This document shows, piece by piece, positions 24,171-37,000 of a stretch of 64,000 bases of DNA; the stretch's first letter is position 1, and every line of letters starts with the position of its first letter. The DNA comes from Podarcis muralis. Its lineage: Eukaryota. The stretch is from the NCBI RefSeq assembly GCF_964188315.1, contig NC_135659.1:32674001-32738000 (forward strand), in the 5' to 3' direction. The notes beneath the pieces are model-generated. The model was given only the letters and a program-made list of their open reading frames with translations. It had not been told where the DNA came from and made no database searches. A program made the translations under genes and the position numbers.

Positions 24171-24931
24171 CCATTATATAATACTCCTTGATAATTCCAT
24201 TCTCACTTTCAGAGTGCAGTGTGCATAAAGGACAATATACAGCAAAAGCAAAATATTTGTTCTACAATAGAGGGGGTGTTGGTTGAGAGACTGGGAGCAG
24301 AACCCGTGCTCTGAAGGACTGGGGGATTGGATTGTGCCAACCAAGGCTTCTTGTAGGGGATGGGCTTCCCTTCCCCCAGATATTTTCCTGCATCCACCCT
24401 TTCCTTCCCCATTTTCCTTGGCTGACAGCAGGTGTCCCTCCTTAACCTCACTCTTTCCTGAGCAGCTGGAGACAGTCATCCTTCTGAGGTGATAGCCATT
24501 TTAAAATAGCTGCTGCTTCAGGAGGATGGGAGGCTAGTGGCTTGAGGCACATGAGTAGAGTTTCCATTGAGGGAGTGCTATTCCAGCCTGTACTGAAGCT
24601 ACATTCTGCATTTGTTTCAAGCAAAACAGCAGTCGTGCCTTCAAAGCAGAATTAGATTGACTTTGGAACAGTAATATAGTTTACGACTCCTGCGAGAAAT
24701 ACCTTCATGTGTTTCTGTTCAGACTTTTGCACATTCACATATCATCTGATCACTGTTCTGTTCCCCTTCACCTGTGTACACATTCTACTTTTAGCGAGGT
24801 TTTGCAATAATTTAGCGAGGTTTTACCATAAAATGGGGAAGGCACAGATCAGAGGCAGAGGGTAACTGGCTAAATGCCAGTAATGAAAGTAAAATTTAGC
24901 AATGTAAAACAAAATACCAAGCTCTCTAGAC

Positions 24932-25128
24932 TGGAGCTTTCCAAACTGTGTCGCGACACATTAATGTGTCGGCTGCAGTGTGTCACACAAACGTTCCCCT
25001 TGCTCCTCCCAGGGCTGGAAAGGGGTAAGTTTAACCTCCGGGTTTGCTAGTTGAACTGAATTACTGTGTCATGAAATGATGCATGTCTAAAAAGTGCGTC
25101 ACCAACATGAAAAGATTGGAAAGCTCTG
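24932..25128. mobile_element. hAT MITE
   Basis: TIR (ca)gagctttcca, perfect TSD ctctagac. Partial related copy at about 58165-58267. Confidence 0.87.
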
Positions 25129-28100
25129 CTCTAGACCCTGTGTGCGCAGTAAGATAGACAGGGGCGCCATCTTGGGAGAGGCTGAGGGCACCCCTTAAAT
25201 TTTCAAGGAGTGGGCTGGGCCCCTCAATATTCCATGGCCTGCGATAGGCTCTGCAGAGCATCCCTGCAGTTGTGGCGGGCCTTGCGGTCTCCTCCCGCCA
25301 TGTGATGTCATACACGCATGCCAGGCACCCAGTGCCTGTAACAATAGATATAGTATTGATTTTAAAAATAGCTTGAACATGCATGTAGGGCCATGAGAAG
25401 GCTTCAACCTCCTTATGGATATCATATGGAAAAGATATAACCAACTTAGACAGCTTAGCAACAGAAATGTCTCTGGCATCTACATCTGTAATAAATGGAT
25501 GCCACGCTGCCAGGAAGAATTCCAGTGCTGCCCTTTCGACGTCATTTGTCACTCTAACAAATTTGGGTGAGGGGAGAGAAAAGGATTGAAGCCACCGGAA
25601 GTTAGACGGGAAAACGCCAAGAACGTTAAGATTGACTTCTCAGCTGTAATGAAGCCGAGGAAAGTTTTCTAATATCTTGGCTGGCTTTCCTAAGCCTTTG
25701 CCAGAGGCTTCTGACAGAAAGGGAAGATTGATGTTAGCAGGCGAAAGCATGGCACTGATTACTATAGAAGGCTCCAGAGCAGGCCACCAGTGGGACTACG
25801 CTGTGATTTGCAGTACAAGGGAAGCCTTTGTCCGGTTTTATCAAACACCGCATTTCTTGCGAGCTGCTGGCCAGAAAAGCACAGCAGGCGTGCTAGAAAT
25901 AGTCTGTTCCCTGCAAGGAAGCAGCTTCAACAGAAGCGTAGCAACTGGGAGAAACAAGAAGATTCATTGAGGCGTTTGGAAAACAGACTTTGTGCAGCAT
26001 TGTATTCTTTTAACCTTTTTTTTTTTTGGTTCTTTTTTTAAAAAATGAAGCTCCTTGTGAATTTGTATCTGGGAAGAGAGTTATTCAGCTTCCTGAAGGA
26101 TTTTGATGAACTTTAACTTGTTGAGCTTCGTTTTCTAACATGAAATGTGGCATGGGTATTGAAGAATCATGCCTGCTTTGGCCTGTGTGAGTAGTCAACA
26201 GGTTTGGTATTTCTAGGCAAAGTGCATTAAAGATGTACAGTACATAGTTACTAGTAGAAATACTTGATGCGTGTTTTTTTTAATAAAAAGGGGAGGGAGG
26301 AAATCATTTTGTATTATAGTGTTGTTTAAGAATTCATTTTATTTTTCCTTCAAGCAGGAATTTTTATCACCGGAAGTGAGAATGCAGTGTGACTATTTGA
26401 ACTTTTTGTTGTTGTGACTGATGGAAGTACTTCCGCAGTCCCTCTGCTCATTGTAGGTTAGGAAGTGATGGCCTAGAGGCTCAGTCTGGTCCCTTTTGCA
26501 TAGCCTAGGAAACTAAGGAAAGTCTTCTTGTTATGAATCCTAACCTAACTGCTTTCTAATGACCTTTGCATGTGTCCTGGAGTGAGCAGCCGCTATACAA
26601 CATAAGCAAAAGGATAAACTGAATATTTCACCTGAGTCTCTGTTGGCATGAGAGTAGGTTCTTTGGCAATGCTAATGTTACTGAATCTTCAATTCTTATT
26701 CTGTCCAAAATATGGTCGTTGCTAAAATTAGATAAATAGGCATTTGTTAACCTGTTGGTCTATGAAAGGCTCATGAGAGAATTTTGTTAGTTTTGGAAGC
26801 ATGCTGACTTCTGAGGTGTATGGGATTTTTGGATTGGGGCAGTGGTGGTGGAAGGGTTCTTTGTAACGTAATCACATGTACACTCAATAGCTGCTGGTCC
26901 AAAATATCCAGATGAAATAACTTTGTAGTGGAGCACCTGTCTTGTTAACAGCTTCTTGTGAAGTTGCAGCCTCAGTAGAGTCTGCTCTGATAACAAAAAT
27001 TAAGAAGCGGTTGGTAGCAGATGCTGCTAAAGAGAAACTGTCAGAAAGACAGTAATATATTCTAGAATCTCACCTGACCAGTTCCTATGAATTATGACCA
27101 GTTCTGTGAATTCGCCAGTTGTTGTGAATTGTGAAAATGTGAATTACGTTTTTGATATAGCTCTGTAAATCCAAAGAGAGAAAATCGAAATAAAGCCACT
27201 GTTTTTCTCTCTCAGTTTAGAGAGAGTGGTTCGCACTAACCATAGTTTAGATTCCAGATTGCTGTTTGAGCTCCCAGCATATGGGCCAACTTTTTTAGAG
27301 ATACATGCCTGCTTTTACTTTTCATCTTGTCAGCAATCTTGTTTCTTGGTGCAAGAGCTTCCAGAGGTAGCATAACAACTATGGTCAGTTCAAAAATTTC
27401 ACAGCACAGTGGTTAGCTGAAACATATTCTATGGTTTCGGATTCTAGTTTGCTGGCTGTTCTCAAACCATGCTTTGCCAATTGAGACTTTGCACTAAAGT
27501 AACTCACAAGGAGAGCAGGTGCTTTTGTTTTTCGTTAACTACAGATTGTTTTGTCAGAACCCAACAAAAACCATGCACCGTTTATCTTACTTATTTGGAA
27601 AACTTACAAACTGCTAAACATGAGCAGATATCATAGTGATGTACAATAGTAAATAAGAGAACTTGAAGGCTCTTTGCTATTTTCTGATTGGATTCAATCA
27701 TATACTGGCAAATTCAGCTTGTGAAATCAAAGCTGATTTGGAAGCTTCTTGTGCAACGAAACTGCTTCCTCAAAAGCTCAGACTCTTTCTGATATGGAAA
27801 GTGAATGAAAATGCAATGGAAAGTGTGGTATAACTTTTGCTTCATTGCAACGTTTTCCAGGCTCCCTGGGGAAAAATCTAAATGCTGATCATTTACCGGT
27901 AATCTTTCTGCAAACAAATCAGGATGAACCCTCAATAAACAGGTCATTTGGAAAAGCCAAGGCAGATAAAAATAATTTTACTGGAGAAATTAGGTGTTAG
28001 GAAGCTGGCTTATTTCAGCAAACCATAGTTAAGATTAACCATGCTTTAGAGGTCATATTACTCCAAACCCTGTAGTTAGTCAAAACAGAAGCCAGAGCTT

Positions 28101-28569
28101 CCGATCTACTCCTCAAGACTCACCTAGGCTTACCGTAATAAAGCTTAATTTGTTATGATGCCCTCATGCAACCACAGGATGCAGGGCTTCTGATTAATGC
28201 TCAGTTTTTCTTCTCCTGGCTATGATAATTTTTTTTTTAAAAAAAAGAACAGTCATCCTGGATCAGCACGCAAGCTGGTAATCCTTTGCTGAATCCACTG
28301 GATGCTTTCTTAATTCCTAGGTGACTATCACCTGGGAGCCAGCAGCTTTCCATGACACACAGAAAGGGGCATTGTGCAAGAAAGGAAGAGGGCACTTTGG
28401 GGCTTGAAGAAGCAAGGCAAGTTAGAACTGTTAAAAGACTTCCAAAAGCATTCCATCTCCACCCTGCCCATCAGAAGCAGAGGGGGACATGGTTGTTTGA
28501 CAAGAGGGAGCAAATTATGCTCAAACAGGATGCAGCTGTTTAAAAGATGCAAGTTCTAGAGCAAAGTTA

Positions 28570-28918
28570 AAAAAAGGTAAAGGGACCCCTGACCATTAGG
28601 TCCAGTCGTGACCGACTCTGGGGTTGCGGCGTTCATCTCACTTTATTGGCTGAGGGAGCTGGCGTACAGCTTCCGGGTCATGTGGCCAGCATGACTAAGC
28701 CGCTTCTGGCGAACCAGAGCAGCGCACAGAAACACCGTTTACCTTCCCGCTGGAGCGGTACCTATTTATCTACTTGCACTTCGTGCTTTTGAATTGCTAG
28801 GTTGGCAGGAGCAGGGACCGAGCAACAGAGCTCACCCCGTCGCGGGGATTCAAACCGCTGACCTTCTGATCGGCAAGACCTAGGCTCTGTGTTTAACCCA
28901 CAGCGCCACCCACGTCCC
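28570..28918 (-). mobile_element. Sauria SINE, full length
   Basis: 12-bp TSD agagcaaagtta at 28558 and 28919. Confidence 0.95.
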
Positions 28919-29381
28919 AGAGCAAAGTTAGGTCCCCTTTAATTTTCCATTCTTTTCCAGTGGCTCAACCTGGCAGACAAGGCACAGGAGTCTTTTTTCC
29001 CCAAATGACTTGCTTGCACAGAGCAGTTGCATTCAGGAGTCTCTTCTTCTGAAAGAAGCTAAATCAACAAATCTGAGAAGGCAATGCAGAGAGACAGAAC
29101 AGTACATAACCAGGCAGGGATCGGTTAATTGTTCCTAGGCAGATTCTTAAGGGAAGGATGGGGCAGGTCCCTTGTGTGGTTCTTCTTTTGGCAGAACAAG
29201 GCAGAAAAGTACAGTCCATAGGTCAGAGCATGTTGTAGGTGCATCTGATGCTCTGCGTTGCCCTGAATAATACCACACACAGCTTTTTAGGGTCCTGGCA
29301 AATTAGTAGCGTCTTAAATTAAAGTATCCTTTCCCTTCATCTTTAATATGTCCCTTTCTTCTTTCCCCCACCCCTGCAAAG

Positions 29382-30481
29382 GTCCTGGGATCTTGTCTGC
29401 AAGCAAGTCTGAGATGGGAGCGGCAGAAGGTTCTCCTCCGAGTCCTAACCCTTTGAAGAAAGGTGGTTCGATAAACTGGTCCTTCCCTGACAAAATAAAA
29501 TCCCCGAGAACAGTGAGGAAACTTTCCATGAAAATGAAAAAATTGCCAGAGCTGAGCAGGAAGCTGAGTGTCAAGGGAAATTCAAGCCATAGTAGCACGG
29601 ACAATTCTTCGTTGCTTAAGAATAACTGCCAGGTCATAGGTCACGGGTCGCTACCTTCTTCCGGGAACATCACGGCAGCAGCCAGCAGGAACGTCATAAG
29701 CCGGTACCATCTTGACAGCAGCGTGTCCTCTCAGCACAACTACAAAAAGAAAAGCAGTGGCAATTCGAAATCCTCTAGCAAAGGGGGCTACCTCAGCGAC
29801 GGAGACTCTCCTGAGCTTATAACAAAATCAGGGAAGCACGGCCTGGAAAGCCGGGCTGGGAAAGGAGGAAAGGAAGCATTCCCAAGCAGCAACGGTAGTA
29901 AGGCGGAAATAGACATTGACGCTTTCAGGCACTACAGTTTCTCCGACCAACCTAAATGTTCCCAGTACATATCTGGACTCATGAGCATCCATTTCTATGG
30001 CGCGGAGGACCTGAAACCACCAAGGATGGACTCCAGAGACGTCTTCTGCGCCATTCAGGTAGATTCGGTAAACAAAGCGAGGACTGCCTTGCTGACTTGT
30101 AGGACGACCTTTTTGGACATGGATCACACTTTCAACATAGAAATAGAGAACGCCCAGCATTTGAAACTGGTGGTCTTCAGCTGGGAGCCCACACCAAGGA
30201 AAAACCGGGTCTGCTGCCATGGGACGGTGGTCCTCCCTGCTCTTTTCCGGGTGACGAAGACCCATCAGTTGGCAGTAAAGCTGGAGCCCCGAGGTATTAT
30301 TTATGTCAAGCTGACCCTCCTGGAGCAGTGGGAGAATTCTCTCAATGGACTAGATGGAGAAAGAGAACCGGTAATGTTTGGAGTAGATGCTCGGAAGGTT
30401 GTGGAGAAGGAAAACGTAGGCTTGATGGTGCCCCTGTTGATGAAGAAGTGCATTATAGAGATTGAAAAAAGAGGCTGCCAG
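29382..30481 (+). CDS. SYDE2: SYDE2 coding exon 3 (C2 domain and start of RhoGAP)
   Basis: Encodes [28 protein letters not shown]...[16 protein letters not shown]...[14 protein letters not shown]...IEKRGCQ. Acceptor AAAG|GT, donor CAG|GTAGAG. Phase 1/0. Confidence 0.97.
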
Positions 30482-31643
30482 GTAGAGTTAATTAAAAATA
30501 ACAACCACTGCATTCTTCTGCATTTAATTTTTGCTGCTTAGAGCATTACCCTTATTTATTTACTTTTGCTATAAGTAATGTTGTCTTTCTTGGATGCACC
30601 ATATCCTTCACTTCCTTAGTTTGGGGTAGTACACCTGCATTGCAGTGGGATGAAGGCTGCTCTCTCCTGCTCTTTGCAGTCATGGAGACATGATGTGTTT
30701 TTATGATACAAGAAGCGGAGGGATAAAAGCAGTCTGCCTTCTGGAACGCCAACAAAGCTATTGTGGGTCTAAGTTTCCTCTGGCCTCAGGAACTTCCAAA
30801 CCTGGAATATGGTGGTAGTGAAATTAATTGGGGGTTTTTTGTGCTAATCTAAACAAAACTGAACAAACAAAACAGCTAGTTTTTACTGTCCCAGTGTGGA
30901 AGATGAAGTTGTAGTAAGCAGTTTTGATGGATAGATTCCTCACAGGGCAAGTTTAAATGTTCTATTGCTTTTATGGGAATTACAGTCATCACATGATAAG
31001 CTGAGAGCATGTAATTGCTATCAGAGGTTATTGCGTCCTCTGGTCATAATGGGATTATTGAATTTCCAAGAGTGGAGAGAGAGAGAGAGATTTCTCTCCC
31101 TGTGGCTTATTTATTAAGCCTTTTATGGGTTCCTAATAAAGGAGCCTTTGGGGCAATTTTCTAAACAACTTTGCTACATATAGCCTAAAGATGTTTTTGC
31201 CTACTGGCTGACTATCTATGTAGAAAGCATTCATTGCCTCCAAAGAAGCAAACTGATGTCCTTTGTAATTTCAGCTTATTTTATCACCTGATACTAATTT
31301 CCAGGCTTCCAACAGTTTGACTCCACCCCCAAAGGCACACCCCTCCATTGTCTCCCGAGACAGATGGATGCCAACAACATTAATTTACTTTGTTATATCT
31401 CTGGCAGAGTACTCCGTAGAATATTGCTAACCGTTATGTCTTTTTCTAGCGAAAAACTCGTACTGCATGCCAATGATACAATCTGCATGTCTCTCAGCAT
31501 CTTTGGGGGTCTTGCATGAATATCTTGATGCTTCTACTGGGCTTACTGAAAACTGTGTTTGTGCCTGGTATTTAACTTACAACCTTCGTATTCCTTAGGT
31601 GGCAAACCCGTGCCATGTTGTAAGGTTATGATTTTGCTTCTAG

Positions 31644-31770
31644 GTTGTAGGCCTGTACCGTTTATGTGGCTCAGCAGCCGTCAAGAAAGAGCTTCGTGAG
31701 GCATTTGAGAACGATAGCAAAGCAGTTACCCTCTGTGAAACCCAGTACCCAGATATAAATGTGATAACAG
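31644..31770 (+). CDS. SYDE2: SYDE2 coding exon 4 (RhoGAP with arginine finger); not in the ORF track
   Basis: Hand translation [42 protein letters not shown]. Acceptor TTCTAG|, donor CAG|GTAAAT. 127 nt, phase 0/1. Confidence 0.96.
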
Positions 31771-31901
31771 GTAAATAAAATTAAAAACCTTGTTTGTTTG
31801 TTTTTTGAAAAAAGGAAGAATATGCTTAAAATGTCTGTCAATGTCAATGTGAAAATTATTTTCATTTCGGTAGTCTACAAGTGGAGCCATAGATATCATT
31901 A

Positions 31902-32070
31902 CAGCGGTACCTTGGTTGTCAAACTTAATCCGTTCCGGAAGTTTGTTCAACTCCCGGAACCATTCGGAAACCAAGGCGTGGCTTCTGATTGGCTGCAGGT
32001 GCTTCCTGCGCTCAATCGAAAGCTGTGGAAGCTGTGTCGGATGTTCGGCTTCCAAAAAACATTCACAAAC
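31902..32070. mobile_element. Truncated Tigger-like MITE
   Basis: TA-CAGCGGTACCTTGGTT terminus. Shares gtggcttctgattggctgcagg with the 33858 element. Confidence 0.75.
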
Positions 32071-33426
32071 CTGGAAGTAAGTGTTGAGATTTCGTGGAAT
32101 TTTGGGTCTTCAACTTGGACAGTTCCTCAGTGCTCATCTGCTTAGGGATTCCTGATCAGGGCTGGTTCCCATTTATCTGATGAGAAAGAGCTTTTGTCAC
32201 AACATTCTGTGTATGTATGCTTTACAACAGAAATGGGAAAATGCCCAGAGTAAGTAGTTGCATTGGCTGTGTAAGGCAGGGATGAAGCTGACGTTTTTAA
32301 AATAAAGAGTATCCTTTTTGTTTTGTTTTTTTAAGAAAGCAGAAATGCTCAGGACATAATCAACAGAACCCTCTAACTTCCCTGACCAGTAAGAGCCAGC
32401 TGAGAAAGGGGAGGAAGAGAGCTCCATTTTATGCTGACCATGCATAGGGCAGGATTATGCCATCCGAACAATCCTGGGTGTTATTTTTTGGCTGGGTTTG
32501 GGGACATGAAGGTTATATCTTACAGCTATTTCATCTTGTTATTTGCCAAGGCCTACTCCCACCCAGGATCCAAAATGGACATGGCTTGGAGAATGTAGTA
32601 TCAAACAGAATTGCTCAGATTGTCCTTCAAGTTTGGCTTAGGGTAGAACAAAATTAATATATTTTGACTTATTTTGCTGCTGGAATTGTCCTCCCCAGGT
32701 AGTTTTCAGGGGTCATGAAGCCATGGGAATACTGGAGGAGATTTTAGAGCTGCTTTAGGATTTAGCAACAAGGACAACTTTTATGACATCGAAATTGCTT
32801 ATCTTGGGGGGTGGGGTTTAACTGCACACTTCATGCTGGTGCCTGTAACAGTCTTGTTTAAAAGAGCAAACTGGAGGGGAATTTTGGTCAGAGAAGTGAG
32901 GGGGGGAGGGAATGAGCCCTTAACCCTTTCCTCACACATCATCTTGCTACTTCAGTTCAACCTCCAAGTGTTAGCCCCGCAAGGTTCAAAGTGTGTATTT
33001 ACTAGGGCCTGTTTGACTAAAGTGTCTAGGCAGTGCTGCACCTGTCCATTATTAGTTCAGCAAAAATTGCTGAAATAAAATATAGCAATTCTGAGCATCA
33101 CCTCTGGTGTAGATGAATCTGAATACCTTGCTTGGACTGTCTTGATTCATCTCTTGAAATCTCCGATTAAGCTTTCCCCTCAGCTGAATAAAAATGCTCA
33201 TGGATTCATTTTTATGGAAAATTCCTCTTTGTGCTCCTTTTCCATCTTGGATGACAGCGAGCCTCAAGTGTGGAATTTCCTGTGGGATGGACAGTTTCAA
33301 GCAACGCCATCTGAATTACAGCCGTTTTGAGAATAGAATGTCTCTTTCAATCTTGTCTCTCTTGATTTGAGCTGCTGCGGCTGCTCTGCTTTCATTTGTG
33401 TGCACAGGCTAGGCTGTGCAGTAATG

Positions 33427-33665
33427 AGAACATAGAAGACTCAGGTCAATAGTCCCATCTAGTCTAGCATTCTGTTTCCCATCATAAGTCAGGCAGAGGT
33501 CTCTTGGAAGCTTGCAAGGAGGGCAAGAAATCAGTAGGTCTTGCCTGTTGCGTTTCCCCAGTATCTAGTATACAGAGGTACACTACCTTGTAACGTGGAG
33601 GTTTCCTTTAGCAATCATGGCAAACAGCTGCTCATAGACCTATCCTGCATTAATCTGTCTAAAAC
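33427..33665 (-). mobile_element. CR1-type LINE 3' fragment
   Basis: gaacatagaaga...cccatctagtctagcattctgtt signature. Confidence 0.6.
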
Positions 33666-33857
33666 GTGGAATGCATGAACAGTGGTTGGAGATGATGGAA
33701 GTTGTAGTCCAACAACATCTGGGGTGGGGTCCACAGGTTCCCCCCCCCCGGTATAATGCTTCTTTTAAAATAGCCATCTAGGCTAGCATCCACAGCATGA
33801 TTATATATTACATTTAAATGTGGTTTTGTTTTTGAGCATTGGTGAAAATTCCAGTTA

Positions 33858-34070
33858 CAATCATACTTTAGATCTCAAATGCCTTGGCTCCCGAACAAAT
33901 CGGCTCCCAAACGATCGAAACCCGGAAGTGCGTGTTCCAGTTTTGAACCATTTTCAGAAGCCGAACGTCTGCCGTGGCTTCTGATTGGCTGCAGGACGCT
34001 CCTGCAGCTAATCGGAAGCCGTGCCTTGGTTTTCAAATGGTTATTCTGTTCAAGAAGTAAGGTACGATTG
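33858..34070. mobile_element. Tigger-like MITE
   Basis: TA-CAATCATACTT ... AAGGTACGATTG-TA. Confidence 0.8.
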
Positions 34071-37000
34071 TACTTCAACTCTCCAGCAAACATTGCAGTG
34101 CCTGTATCCTTCATTTTGGTAGCAGCCCTTTTTAAAAAAGCCAAACGAAAAAACACTGTTCCCCAGCTAATGACAAATTCCAATAATGCCTGGATCAAGT
34201 TGAGTGTGTGACTGCTGAATGGTTAGTTTTTAAAGCCCAATGCAAGGCTGGTAAGATGTGTGTGTTGTTGTTGAGTTCATAAGAATATGAGCTTTCACTT
34301 TTTTTTTTTTTTTAAAAAGGACATTTTTCCAGCTCTTGTTGTCGTTAGTCAAAAGCCTAAATGAGCCTCAGCAGCACCTGTTGAAATTGGCTGGGAGCTC
34401 ATGAGAAACAAAGAGGAATAATAACTCAATGGGTAAAGACAATGCTGTCCGCATGCAGATGTCCACAGGTTCGGGGTACCTGGCATCTCCAGCTAAAAGG
34501 AGCAGGGCTGGGGAAATATGCTCCCTGAGACCTTACAGAGCGTTGCCAGCCAAAGCAGACAGCACTGTGGGTTAGCCAGGCCGCCAGTCTGACAGTACGC
34601 ACAGTGCTGCTTGCCAGCATGTGTTTTAACTCGTAAGCCCTGCAACACTTCAGATAAGGCTTCAATAGATGAGAGCAATAATGGCTGTCTGTATACGCTG
34701 TAACAGAAATCCAAACCGGATGCTTCTTAAGCAAAATCAGAATCCCCTTCTCAGAAGAAGAGTGCTGGTGGACTCCGGTTTTTGAAAGGTTTGTTTGTTT
34801 TCGGACAAGATCAGATACAATGAAGCAGGTTTCAGCCGTTTTTGCTTTGCCACGGCAAGGGCGGCACTGCCCTCTGGTGAGGAACTAGATTCCTCCCAGC
34901 GTTGAAACCGCAGAGTTGGGTTGAGGCTGCCCTGCACAGGGGAGAAGCACTTGGACACAAAATTTCCCGTGTAGTACTTTTGCCAGCAGCATACTCTCCC
35001 TGCCGACGCTGGTGGGAGGGTTGGCAGAAGGTGGACTCGCGACTACCATTTCGGGCTTGGCCAACCAGAAGTTGTTGACCACTGTGATAAAGAGAAAGGG
35101 AAGGACAGACATAGAAATGGGAGGTGTTCATTGTGTTAGAAGGGTAGTAGGAACCAAAAGGGCTAGTGGTAACCAGGGAAACGCAACAGAGGCTCATACT
35201 TTTCGTTAAAGCTCATCTTGTGACTCCTTTAAAGGTCAGGAGAATTCAACTCTCCATTGAGTTATTAGCTTTCAGCAGGCACTTTGTAGGCATTTGCCAC
35301 CGTGAGGGCTAGAAACCTGTCCTACAGCTTTGAAGGGTATGACTATTTGGGTGCTAACTCCAAATAGCAAATTCTGTTTTTAGAAGATACGTATTTACTG
35401 ATTTGGATGGTGCAAACGGTATATCAGTGAAATGGGTGCAATTTCACTGCTGGGATTGAGGACGGTTTTAGTTCTTAACATTTATTATTTTGAGGCTGAT
35501 GTGTACATGTGTATGATAAAACACATTGTTCTTGTTGAAAGTATTTTGTTGAAACCTCAGCATAAATCGTAGTTCTTTTAAAAGCTGATTCGTATTTGAT
35601 GCTGCTCCCCCCATTCCCACTTTTTAATTAACTGTGGGGTGTCCCCAAGACTCTAAAATGCAGTCTTTTGCTTTGAAAACTCCAGTTGGTCGAGGAATGT
35701 GCATTTAATTATTAAACCTCAACTGAGGAATGCTCCTCTGGCTGGCAAGCAATTAAATGCACATGTGATTTAGAATAATGTGTTCTCCTGGGTTTGGAAC
35801 CTGGTTGGTTTCTGACACTGCTGCATCATTTCTGCTTCCAGCCATGTGAATTCTCATCTTGGAGTAAAGCATGTCATACGCTTAACAGTTCAGTGGGTCA
35901 GAAAAATGGGAAATTAATGAGGTGGATTGGGGGAGGTGTGTGTTTTCTGCTTGCTGCCTAAATTAGTTCTGTGTGGACATTGGTGTATCAAGAAAAACGC
36001 AGCTGTCAGGAGAGGCAACTCCATAAAAATAACTGCCGTCTCTTACAGAGCTCAGCTAGTGAAAGGATTTGGAAAGGGGATGTGGGTCAGAGGGCTCACA
36101 AGTTATTCTGTTCAGGAATTAAGCAGGAGAAAGTGTTTTGAGAAGGAAATGCCAGGTTACTCTGTTGCATAGCTCAATGCTGATGCTATGAATAGACATT
36201 GCAAGTGGTGCCTCTGTAACTGAATGTGTTTAAAATACAGGACAGATTCCTTTCCTATCAGTTGCATAGGAGCTGTCTGCAAAACTTTTTTTTTAAACCA
36301 TTCTGGTGACAGAATTTGATATCTCCACCCCACCCTGTTTCACTATATTCCCAAACCATGATTTACAAAGACCAGTTTCTATTTGGTTCCACTGCTTGTC
36401 GAGGTTGTAAATTTAGGCCTACCTAGACTTGAAATAATTGTGTGAAATGCATCCCGTTGGCTTGCAAAGTAACCATCAAACCCTCCTCACTTTACTAGCA
36501 AGGTTTGAAGGCTCTTGCGTCAGATGGGCCTCTTAGGAGCTGTGGAATTCATAAAGAGCTCTTTAGTGTCATGTTGTGATTAAACAATTAGCCTTTACAT
36601 TCTGGCTGGTTCCAATATTCCTTGACATCAAAATTATGTAGTCTTTAGGGCTTTTTCAGCAGCGCGCCCCCCCTTCCCCAAACAAAGAGTGAGAATAGAA
36701 TCCCTCACTTTACTCTTAAGGATTTTTGCTCTTAACAAAGTCTTCAATTAACACAGTTCACATTACAGTTGGGTCATAGGGCAGGATTTGTGGTAGGCAC
36801 ACTGAGGCTTGCAACAAGTCTTGCTTTGTTAAGGAACACTCAGCAGTGGTATTTCTGTCGTGGTTCGAGGATTAGCAAGGCCTTTATTTGGCAGATACTT
36901 AAACTGGTATCTCGGCTTCCTATTTTCCTTTGTTTTCATTCTACATTAAATGGTGCTATTTATTGAAGAGCAGGCTGTGCTTACCTAGTTGGGCCATGAG

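Noticed and set aside
33052-33330. Segment open on both strands
   Set aside because: Short, with no motif and no convincing splice sites.
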